Shown one piece after another: positions 55,415 through 64,000 of a stretch of DNA of 64,000 bases. The stretch's first letter is position 1, and every line of letters starts with the position of its first letter. The DNA comes from Polyangiales bacterium (lineage in GTDB: Bacteria; Myxococcota_A; Polyangia; Polyangiales; JADJQN01): positions 1-64,000 of the forward strand of contig CAXNJO010000012.1 of the NCBI GenBank assembly GCA_964202905.1, written 5' to 3'. A model generated the notes under the pieces. It saw only the letters and a program-made list of their open reading frames with translations, had not been told where the DNA came from and made no database searches. The position numbers were made by a program, and so were the translations under genes.

Positions 55415-56193
55415 GCGAGCCCGGCGACGAAGTCACGCACGCGGGGCGCGATGCGCGGCGCCTGATCGAGGGGGAGCATGTGGCCCGCGCCGGGGAAGAT
55501 CTCGAGGCGCGCGCCGCGCAACGTCGCCGCGAGGTGTTGCGCGTACTTCGGCGGCGTGAGCGGATCGTCGGCGCCCGCGAGGACGAGGGCGGGCGCGTCG
55601 ATCGCGTCGAGGGCGCGGAGGCGGTCGAAGGCGTCCGCGGCGAGCCAATCCGCGAGCGAGGTCGCAGGGGGCACGGCTCGCGCGTGCGCATCGATCGCGG
55701 CGATGCGCGCGGGATCGGCGCCGGGCGACCAGCCGAGGAGCGACGCGCTCTCCGTCGACGACGACGCCTGCACGCGCATCGCCTCGAGCACGCTCGGGTG
55801 CACCCGCAGGCGCGCGCCCGTCGACGCGAGCACGAGCCCCGCGAGCGGGCGCGTCGCCGCGAGCTCGAGCGCGACACCGCCGCCGAGCGAATGCCCGAAC
55901 ACGACGGCGCGCGGCGCGTCGAGCGCGTCGAGCACGCCCCCGACGAAGGTCGCGAGCGCCGCGACGGACGCGCACGGCGCGCCGGGCGTGCCACCGCGCC
56001 CCGGCAGATCGGGGGCGATCACGTCGAGCTCCGGGAGCGCCTCGGCGAGCGGATCGGCGACGTGCCGGTCGCAGCCCGCCCCATGCACGAAGAGCAGCAC
56101 GCCGACACGCGGCGCGCGCGCACGGTGCACGGCGACCGTGGTCTCGCGCCCCGCCGCGCGGACGTGGACGAGCGTGGGGCCGGGCGCGCTCAC
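55411..56193 (-). CDS. Alpha/beta-fold hydrolase
   Basis: FVHGAG, DLPGRG, GHSLGG, GADD, GAGH; GTG start overlaps the upstream stop. Confidence 0.88.
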   Translation of the reverse strand: MSAPGPTLVHVRAAGRETTVAVHRARAPRVGVLLFVHGAGCDRHVADPLAEALPELDVIAPDLPGRGGTPGAPCASVAALATFVGGVLDALDAPRAVVFGHSLGGGVALELAATRPLAGLVLASTGARLRVHPSVLEAMRVQASSSTESASLLGWSPGADPARIAAIDAHARAVPPATSLADWLAADAFDRLRALDAIDAPALVLAGADDPLTPPKYAQHLAATLRGARLEIFPGAGHMLPLDQAPRIAPRVRDFVAGLA

Positions 56194-57041
56194 GCGAGGC
56201 TCCCCGCGACGCTCGCGCGCACGAGCGACTGGAAACGGAAGCGACGCTCCGGCGCGTACACGCCCGAGAGGTTGAGCGACAGCGCGTCGAAGCCCTGCAC
56301 GCTCACGCGTCGGAAGCCCGCGTCGTGCACGAGGCGCACGGGGTCGTTCGTGCCGAAGTGCAGCGGCTCGCCGAGCTGCGCGACGCCCTCGCGCGCGGCG
56401 AGGTCGGAGGCGTCGTCGATCTCGCCCGCCGCGAAGCGCCGCCGCACGACGTCGAAGGCGACGATCGAGTGTGGCTCGCAGCCCTGCGCGAGGCGCGCGA
56501 GCGTCGCGCAGACCGCGGGCTCGCGGAGATAGTAGGTGACGCCCTCCCACACGAAGAGCGCGGGGCGCCCGACGTCGAAGCCACGCGCGACGAGGCGGTC
56601 GAGAAAGTCCTCGCGCGCGAAGTCGCACGGCACGTACGTGGCTGCGTCGCGCGGGTACGTCGGCAGCCGCGTGAGGCGCGCGAGCTTGTCCGCCTGGCTC
56701 GCGGGCTGGTCGACCTCGAAGACGCGCACGCCCCGCATCGCGAGACGCGCGGCGCGCGTGTCGAGCCCCGCACCGAGCACGACGATCTGCCCGAATCCAC
56801 TCGAGATTCTGGCGCGCACCTCGGCGTCGAGCGCGGCCGTGCGCGTCGCGATCCACGCCTCGATGTGCGGGAAGGCGCGCTCGTAGTCGGCCGCGTAGGC
56901 GAGCCCTTCGTCGCCCGCGAGCGCGGCGGCGAACCGGTCGTCGCAGAGTCCGTCGCCGCGTGCGGTCGCGCGACCGCGGAGCGCAGCGACCATGACCGCG
57001 GTGCGGCTCGCGCGCGGAGCCTCGGCAGGGAGTGTGTCCAT
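56190..57041 (-). CDS. SAM-dependent methyltransferase (leucine carboxyl methyltransferase-like)
   Basis: SRTAVMVAALR, QIVVLGAGLDTRA, FEVDQP, WEGVTYYL. Confidence 0.88.
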   Translation of the reverse strand: MDTLPAEAPRASRTAVMVAALRGRATARGDGLCDDRFAAALAGDEGLAYAADYERAFPHIEAWIATRTAALDAEVRARISSGFGQIVVLGAGLDTRAARLAMRGVRVFEVDQPASQADKLARLTRLPTYPRDAATYVPCDFAREDFLDRLVARGFDVGRPALFVWEGVTYYLREPAVCATLARLAQGCEPHSIVAFDVVRRRFAAGEIDDASDLAAREGVAQLGEPLHFGTNDPVRLVHDAGFRRVSVQGFDALSLNLSGVYAPERRFRFQSLVRASVAGSLA

Positions 57042-57077
57042 GGCGGCGTGAGCGTAATGCGCGCGAACGTCGGGCGA

Positions 57078-59949
57078 TCAGCGATTCTTGCGCCGCTCGA
57101 GCAGGCGCTCGGCGAGCGACGCGGGCGGCGCGCGCGACGGCGTGGACGAGGCCGACGCGTCCGCGGCGACGCGTCCGCGGCGGCAGTCGGCAAGCGCCCG
57201 GGGCGTCTGCCGGAGCGCGCACGGCGGCAGGCGTCACCGACGCGCGCGGCGCGGTCGGTGCGTCGGGGTCCGCCACGGCCGGTGCGTCGACGTTGGTCGG
57301 CACCGCTGCGCGGGGACGCCGTGCCACGCGGGCACGCGCACGCAGCCATGCCGGGACGAGCCGCGCGACGAGACGCTCGGGCAGCACGAGGCGGCGCAGC
57401 GCGACCGACGCGAGCAGCAGCACGAGCGCGAGCCGCACGAGCGCAGGCCAGAGCGGCGCGAACGCTCCGACGGGCGGGGGACGCGCGCCGAAGACCGCGC
57501 CGAGGTCACGCAGGACGCGGCCACCGGTCATCCCGGCGATCTGCGCGAGCTTCGCGTGGTCCGTGCCCTCGCCGCGCAGCTCGTCGCCCGCCGCGCGCAC
57601 CGCGCCCGCGCTGCCGACGAGTCCGCGGCCGCGCTCGCCGACCGTGACGAGGTAGGAGCCCGGCGCGTCGGCCTCGAAGCTGCCCTCGTAGCGTCCGGCG
57701 CCCGTCTGCACGAGCGCGACGTCGCGCGCCTCGCCCCCGGGCCCGGCGACCGTCGCGCTGAGCTCGAGGTGGTTGCGGTAGCGCCCGTCCGCGTCGACCG
57801 CCTCGACGCGCACGCGGCCGCGTCCCCCCACGATCTCCGTGGCGACGCGCGCGTCACGCCGCTCCGGAGAGCGCGCGAGGTCCCGCGCGAGCTGCCCGAA
57901 GAGCGCGCCGTATCCGTCCCACCCGAGCCAGGGGCGCGAGAGCGACGCCCCGGCGTCCGCCGCGAACACGGCGCTCCGCCCGAGCCCGTACTGCCAGACG
58001 AGCAGGAGCGGGTCCTCCCGCGTCGCGCCGAGCACGCGCTGCGCACGCGCGCGGGGATTGAGCACGACGTAGCCGGCGAGCGGTGGCGCCGCGTCGAGGT
58101 CGAGCCCGCGCGTCGCCGGCGAGGGGACGCCCGGGAGGGGGCGCGTCGGCTGCTCGACGACCGTCGCGCGGCTCGCCTCGAGCGTCTCCTGCGTGAAGAT
58201 GCGCGGCAGCTCGTGGAGGTCGTCGACGATGTAGAAGCGCCCGCCGCCGAGCCGCGAGAGCTGCTCGAGTTCCGGCGTGTCGGCGCCGGTGCCCATCGAG
58301 ACGACCGACGTCGTGATGCGCGCGCCGACCGCGGCGCGCACGAGCCCGCGCGCGGCGCGCATCTCCTCGGAGTCGCTGCCGTCGCTGAAGAGCAGCAGGT
58401 GCTTGAGCTGCGCGCGCTCCCCGCGAAGCGCGCCGTACGCGGCCTCGAGCGTCGGGTCCACGTAGATGCCGCCGCCCCCCACGGTCGCGCGGCGCACGCG
58501 CGCGGCGATCTGCGACGGATCGTCGACCGGGCCGAGCGGCACCGTCCACCCGACCTCGGTGTCGACGTGCGCGATCCCGAGGCGATCGAGCGGCGAGAGC
58601 AGCAGCGCCGAGCGCGCCGCGGCCTCGTTGGCGAGGTCGAGCTTCGTCGTGCCGGGCGACACCTCCACGCTCATCGAGCCGCTCTTGTCGATCGCGATCA
58701 CCATCGCGAGCGAGGCCCGGTCACGACGCTTGCGGAGGTCGAAGGTCGCGGGGAGCGCGTCTTCGACGGGCGTCGAGGCGTAGCCGCCGAGCCCGAACGC
58801 GTCGCGCGCGCCGAGCATGAGCAGCCCGCCCCCGAGCTCGCGCACCCACGCGGCGATCTGCGCGAGCCCAGCGGTCGTGAAGGCGCGCGCGCCGAGGTCC
58901 GAGAGCACGACGAGGTCGAAGCCCGCGAGCGTGCCGAGATCCGCGGGCACCCCCGTGCGGTCCCGCAGCGCGACCTCGAAGCCCGCGCCCACGAGAGACG
59001 CGACGAGGGCCTCCGCCTCGGGCGGCCGGTCGGAGAGCACGAGCGCCCGCGCACCGCCCGACACCCGCACGAACGCCCCGCCCGCGTTGTTCTCGCGCGC
59101 GGCGTCCGCGCCCGCCTCCACCGGATCGAGCAGCACCTCGTAGCGGTGCACCCCGGGCTCGGCGGCGACGTCCCGCACCGTGAGCACGTCGTCCCCCGCG
59201 CCGATGCGCGTGCGCGCCGAGAGCCAGGGCTCGCCGTCGCGCAGGACGCGGAGATCGACCTCGGCCTCGTGCGTCGCGCGCGTGACGACGCGGAGCGCGA
59301 TCGGCTCGCGCGGGTCCGCGCGCTCGGGCAGGCGCACGCGCTCGATCGCCACCTCGCGGACCGGGGCGCGCTCGAGGGGGAGCACGTCGATGGTCACGCC
59401 GCGCGCGGCCGCGAGCGTCGCCGCCGCGAGCGCGTCGCCGCGCGTCTCGACGCCGTCGGAGACGAGGACGATCCGACCCGCGTGGTCGGCCGGTAGATCG
59501 CCGAGCGCGCGGCGGATCGCGGCGGCGAGATCCGTCGCATCGCGCGGGACGCTCGCCTGCACGGCGCCGATCACGGGCGCCGGCGCGGGCACGACCTCCG
59601 TCGCGGCCTCGGCGCCGAACACGACGAGCCCCGCCCGATCGTCGGGCCGCATCGCGCCCACCGCGCGCCGGATCCCAGCGAGCGCCCGCGCCGCGCCCGC
59701 ATCCCCCGCGCGCTCGACCGAGCGGCTGCGATCGAGCGCGAAGACGACCGCGAGCCGATCGCGCCGCGTGCCCCACTCGAGACCGCCGAGCGCGAGCGCG
59801 CCGCTGAGCACCGCGAGCGCCATGAGCCCCTGCACCCCGCGCCGACGCGCGCCCGCGTGCTCGCGCGGGAGGCGCCGCAACCGCACGACGACGAGCGCCC
59901 ACGCGAGCAGGCCGAGCGCGAGCAGCCACGGCGCACCGACGCGGATCAC
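57078..59949 (-). CDS. Membrane protein with two VWA domains and a glutamine-amidotransferase-like domain (frameshift near 57190)
   Basis: MIDAS motifs DRSRS and DKSGS; SDG; GGGLLMLG...GGY; corrected end SLAERLLERRKNR-stop 57078. Confidence 0.82.
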
Positions 59950-61871
59950 GTCGCCCCCGCGCGCGTCGCCCAGAGCGCCTCGAGCACGAGCAGCAGCAGC
60001 AGGCCCCCGACGAGATACGGCCAGAGTTCGGCCGTCGCCTCGCGCTGCGCGACCGCCCGCACCACGCCGCCCGCGCTGCCGCGCTCGAAGCGCGCGCGCG
60101 GCCGCACGTCGCTCTCGCGCTCGTCGAGCAGGTTGCGCAGCGCGAACGTGCGCCGCTCCCCGACGCGCACGCCGTACACGCCCGCCTCCGCGCCGACCGG
60201 TACCAGCGCGAGCCCGCCGCGCGCGACGGCCCGGAGCGCGGCGCCGCCGGGCGTCTCGACCTCGACGGTGGCGCCCTCCGCTGCCGGGATCCGCAGCGGC
60301 TCTCCGCAGCGGCCGGGCGCGACGCCGCCCGCCGCCCGCCGCGACCGCGCACGCTCGACGACGTTGCGGAGGAACACCACGAACGACGCGCGCGCGGGCC
60401 AGTCGCTGCGCGAAGGGTCGAAGGCGAGGATCGTCGTCTCGCCCGCCGGCCGCTGCTGCACCGCGGCTACGGCGCCGACGTCGGCCGCGATGAGCGCGGG
60501 CAGCCCGCCGCGCACCGTGCGCGCCGCCGCGACGCGCACCTCACCGAGCGCGACGAAGCGCAGGCGCGGGTCGCCCTCCTCCCAGCGCACGAGGCGCGGG
60601 CGCTGCACCTCGGGACCGAGCGGCGCACCGAAGACGGCGGCGCCCGTCGGCGCGAGGACCAGCGAGTCCCCGGGCGGCGCCTGCGCGGGCGTCTCCCCGG
60701 TGTAGACGACGAGCCCATCGAGCGGCTCGGCCGACGCCTCCCGCGCGAGCGCGGCGAGCGACGTCGCGAACAGCTCGACCCCCGGATCCGCCCGCAGCGC
60801 ACGCTCGACCGGCTCTGGCGTCGGGCCGACGAGGAAGACCGGGAGCCGCCGCGCGCCCGGTCCCGGGACGACCACGCGATCATCGAGCGCGAGCGCGTCT
60901 TCGGCGCCTGCGTCGACGGCGCGGCCCGAACGCGACAACGACACGCGCACCAGCGCGCCGCGGCCGGCCGCATCGGGCGGGAGATCGGCCGCCATGACGA
61001 TCGACGCACGACCATCTCTGGAGATGGTCACTTTTCGCGAGGCGACGACGCCGCCGCCCTCGACGCTCGCGGTCACGTACAGCTCGGCCGACCGCGAGGC
61101 AAAGCGCGCGAGCCGCACGAAGATCTCCGCACGATCGGGCGACTCCGCGCCCTCGCGCGGGCGCACGTCGACCGCCACGATGCCCGTGTTGTCCGCTGCC
61201 GCGCCGCCCACCCCGACACGGCGCACCTCGACCGGGACGCGCCCCCCGTCGAGCACCTGCGCGCCCTCGCCCGCCGCGTCGGTGAACACCACGATGCGCG
61301 CGCCGCCCGGCGCCCCGCGTACCCGCTCCGCCGCGAGCGCGACCGCTTCCCCGAGATCGGCGCCCGCGCCCCGCACTCGCACCGCGGCGAGCGCACGCTC
61401 GAGCGCACCACGGTCGCGCGTCGGCGCGGTGAGCACCGCCGCGTCCGGCCCGGCTTCGACGAGCGTCATCGTGCCGCCCGTGGGCAGCCCCCGTGCGAGC
61501 GCGCGCACCGCCTCGACGGCCTCGGCGAGCCGCGTCACGGCGCCCGGCGTCGCGGGTGCCGCGCTCGCCGCCATGGACGCGCTCGTGTCGATCACCACCG
61601 CGAGAAGCGCGCCCGCCGGCGCGTCACCCGCGCCCACGGGCCGCGCGAGCGCCACCGCCCCCGCGACGAGGGCGAGCGCCTGCAAGGCGAGCGCGACCTG
61701 CGGCAACAGCCGACGAAACGGGCTCTCCGCGCGCAGGTCGCGGAGCGCGAGCGCCCAGAGCAGCGTCGAGCCGACCTCCCGCGCCTGGCGCCGGCGCTTG
61801 AGCACGTAGAGCGCGACGAGCGGCACGAGCAGCCCCGCCCAGAGCAGGGAGAGCGGCGAGAGCCAGGTCAT
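59946..61871 (-). CDS. BatA N-terminal domain plus VWA protein
   Basis: MTWLSPLSLL...LYVLKRR...STLLW, ALARP, VIDTSASM, FTD; C-terminal ELWPYL..LEALW. Confidence 0.85.
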   Translation of the reverse strand: MTWLSPLSLLWAGLLVPLVALYVLKRRRQAREVGSTLLWALALRDLRAESPFRRLLPQVALALQALALVAGAVALARPVGAGDAPAGALLAVVIDTSASMAASAAPATPGAVTRLAEAVEAVRALARGLPTGGTMTLVEAGPDAAVLTAPTRDRGALERALAAVRVRGAGADLGEAVALAAERVRGAPGGARIVVFTDAAGEGAQVLDGGRVPVEVRRVGVGGAAADNTGIVAVDVRPREGAESPDRAEIFVRLARFASRSAELYVTASVEGGGVVASRKVTISRDGRASIVMAADLPPDAAGRGALVRVSLSRSGRAVDAGAEDALALDDRVVVPGPGARRLPVFLVGPTPEPVERALRADPGVELFATSLAALAREASAEPLDGLVVYTGETPAQAPPGDSLVLAPTGAAVFGAPLGPEVQRPRLVRWEEGDPRLRFVALGEVRVAAARTVRGGLPALIAADVGAVAAVQQRPAGETTILAFDPSRSDWPARASFVVFLRNVVERARSRRAAGGVAPGRCGEPLRIPAAEGATVEVETPGGAALRAVARGGLALVPVGAEAGVYGVRVGERRTFALRNLLDERESDVRPRARFERGSAGGVVRAVAQREATAELWPYLVGGLLLLLVLEALWATRAGAT

Positions 61872-62737
61872 CCGTCCGACCGCAGCCAGGCGAGGAGCGC
61901 CTCTTCGAAGGGCACGTCGCCGCCCGCGAGCACGTAGGCGAAGCCGCGCCGCTTCGCGTAGCCGCGCACGCCCGCGAGGAAGGCGTCGAGCCGCGCGCGG
62001 TAGGCCGCGATCGCGCGCGCGTCGAGCGTGACCTCGACCCGCGTGCCGCGCTCGGCGTCGACGAGCACGAGGTCGCCGCCTGGTGTCGGCGCGAGCTCCT
62101 CGGCGTCGAGGACGTGGAACAAGACGGGCTCGTGCCGCGCGGCCGCGAGCCGGTCGAGCGCGCGCTCGTAGCCGCCCGGGTCGAGCAGATCGCTGATCAC
62201 CGCGACGACCCCGGGACGCGGCGCCCCGGCGAGGAACTGCTCGACCGCGCGCGCGAGATCCGTCTCGCCGCTCGGCGTGAGCGCGTCGAGATGTCGCAGC
62301 AGCGCGCCCACGCGGCGGGCCCCGCGCGCCGGCGGCAGACCGCGACCGAGCGCCCCTGCGAAGGGCACCACCGCGACGCGCTCGCTGCCCGTGAGCCCGA
62401 GGTAGCCGAGCGCCGCCGCGATGCGCCGCGCGACGTCGAACTTCGGCGGCGTCCCGAGCGCGAGCGAGCGGCTCGTGTCGAGCAGCAGGTAGAGCGTCAG
62501 CTCCTCCTCGGCGACGTACAGACGCAGGACGAGCTCTTCGAGTCGCGCGTACGCGTTCCAGTCGATGCGCCGCACGTCGTCGCCCGCGAAGTAGGGCCGG
62601 TGGTCGGCGAACTCCGCGCTCGCGCCGCGCCGCAGCGACCGCCTCGCCCCGCCCGCGGAGCCCGCGAAGCGACGCCGCGCCACGACGCGCAGCCGCGCGA
62701 GCCGCCGCAGGAACGCCGGGTCGAGCAGCGTGCTCAC
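61868..62737 (-). CDS. DUF58 family protein
   Basis: EFADHRPYFAGDDVRRIDWNAYAR, LLDTSRS, ISDLLD. Confidence 0.92.
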   Translation of the reverse strand: MSTLLDPAFLRRLARLRVVARRRFAGSAGGARRSLRRGASAEFADHRPYFAGDDVRRIDWNAYARLEELVLRLYVAEEELTLYLLLDTSRSLALGTPPKFDVARRIAAALGYLGLTGSERVAVVPFAGALGRGLPPARGARRVGALLRHLDALTPSGETDLARAVEQFLAGAPRPGVVAVISDLLDPGGYERALDRLAAARHEPVLFHVLDAEELAPTPGGDLVLVDAERGTRVEVTLDARAIAAYRARLDAFLAGVRGYAKRRGFAYVLAGGDVPFEEALLAWLRSDG

Positions 62738-64000
62738 GCCGCGTCGCCCTCCCCCTGCGCGGTCTCAGCCGCCCCGCGCCCCGCGGAGCCGGCACGCGCG
62801 GCGTCGGCCTGCGCAGCGCGGGCGGCCTGCCGTGCCCGCCGCGCCTCGACCTCCGCGCGAATCCCGACGACGCGGCGCTCGGTGAGCGCCCACAGGACCG
62901 CGGCGCCGAGCGCGTACAGCCCGAGCGGCGCGATGGCCGCGAACGCCGCCCCGGCGGTCAGGTGTTTGCCGGCGAGCCCCGCAGCGACGAAGAGCGGCGC
63001 GAGCGGCGACAGCCGCGCGAGCAGGGGCACCGACTCGTCGAGCTCCACGAGGGAGCCTGGCGACACGACGAGCTGCGCGAGCAGCGGCAGCACGAGCAGC
63101 ACGACCCAGACGCAGAGCGCGAGCACGCGCGCGGCGAGCCCGCTGCGCAGCACGATCCGCAGCCACGCCGCGAGGCTCGCGATGAAGAGCGTCGACGCGA
63201 CACCACCCAGGAAGATGGTCATCAACGCGACGTCGAAGCGCCAGTGTTCCGCGAAGCGCCGGTCGAGCGCGTGCCGCATCGCTGCGGGCACGAGCGTCGC
63301 GCCCGCGGCCAGCGCGACGACGACGACGGCCGTGAAGCGCAAGGTCGGCGCCGCGCCCGGCCCGAGGAGCGCCGCGAGCGGCCGGGCGCGCGCCGGGGCC
63401 CCACTGTGCGCCGGAGCCCCACTGTGCGCCGGGGCCACCCGCGGCGGCAGGGGCGGCTCGTCGCTGAAGAGCAGCGCGAGCGCCACCGTCCCGGCCATGC
63501 CGACCCCTGCGACGACGAGCCCCGCGGTGGCGCGGTCGTCGGGGCGCGAGATGAGCGCGAGCACGCCCGCCGCGATCGCCCAGACGCCCGCCACCGCGAC
63601 GATCGACCACACCTTGAGCTGCGTGCTGCGATCCTCGGCCGCGGGTTGCACCGCCGCGACGCTCGTCGCGAGGAAGAACCACGTCACCATGACGACGAGG
63701 TACGTCGGCAGCACCACGAGCAGCCCGAACGTGTCCCACTCGCCGAACCGCACGACGATCGCATCGGTGAACCAGAACGGCCCCGCCATCCCCGTGCCCC
63801 AGACGTCGCGGGCCAGCTCGCCGAGCCCCGCGAGCGTGCTCGTCCCGACGATCGCGGCACCGAAGGAGAGCGGCGCCGCGACGACGATCGCGACGCGCGT
63901 CGAGGGCAGCCGCGCGCTCACCGCCACGCCCGCCGCGATGGCCGTCGCGAGCACGTAAAGCAGCCCGACGTAGCCCGTGACGACGTGCCAGGGCGAGATG
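62734..64000 (-). CDS. Multi-pass membrane protein, ABC-2 permease-like (5' end outside window)
   Basis: Many TM segments; translationally coupled to DUF58; contains an 18-bp duplication (APAHSG x2). Confidence 0.6.
   Translation of the reverse strand, partial: ISPWHVVTGYVGLLYVLATAIAAGVAVSARLPSTRVAIVVAAPLSFGAAIVGTSTLAGLGELARDVWGTGMAGPFWFTDAIVVRFGEWDTFGLLVVLPTYLVVMVTWFFLATSVAAVQPAAEDRSTQLKVWSIVAVAGVWAIAAGVLALISRPDDRATAGLVVAGVGMAGTVALALLFSDEPPLPPRVAPAHSGAPAHSGAPARARPLAALLGPGAAPTLRFTAVVVVALAAGATLVPAAMRHALDRRFAEHWRFDVALMTIFLGGVASTLFIASLAAWLRIVLRSGLAARVLALCVWVVLLVLPLLAQLVVSPGSLVELDESVPLLARLSPLAPLFVAAGLAGKHLTAGAAFAAIAPLGLYALGAAVLWALTERRVVGIRAEVEARRARQAARAAQADAARAGSAGRGAAETAQGEGDAA

Noticed and set aside
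55411..59949. 1512-aa VWA-hydrolase fusion ORF
   Set aside because: A frameshift near 57190 bypasses the VWA stop (57078); the ORF then runs out of frame across the methyltransferase gene into a separate hydrolase.

Overview
Very GC-rich chromosomal window, most likely from a Myxococcota (Polyangiales/Sandaracinaceae-like) genome, judged by a MYXO-CTERM-like tail, DAG-repeat and Cys-rich lipoproteins and a Hanks-type kinase. About ten otherwise intact genes carry 1-bp frameshifts, which suggests long-read or MAG indel errors. Main contents: (1) partial threonine aldolase and tRNA-Thr(CGT); (2) a complete Pseudomonas Che2-order chemosensory operon (cheY-cheA-cheW-aer2-like double-PAS receptor-cheR-cheD-cheB), transcribed divergently from a degenerate 'two-tip' MCP-like gene and an ODP di-iron protein; (3) a truncated globin next to a cNMP-GGDEF diguanylate cyclase; (4) tandem AAA-ATPase/PD-(D/E)xK paralogues with a localised variable segment; (5) an acyl-CoA carboxylase set split by a secreted Zn-phospholipase-C-like gene; (6) a diadenylate-cyclase-fold protein converging on a Kup K+ transporter; (7) a disintegrin-like repeat lipoprotein; (8) a metal-starvation island (TonB-dependent receptor, two lipoproteins, Fur/Zur-family regulator, internally deleted MerC-like/DUF1826/NiCoT-CobW remnants, WD40) with four copies of a TGCAA-N5-TTGCA palindrome; (9) POT transporter, ALDH, GcvR-like, ChrA and a DUF58/BatA/VWA cluster. 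No CRISPR array, rRNA, integrase or transposase was seen. All family calls are from motif recognition by eye, not database searches.
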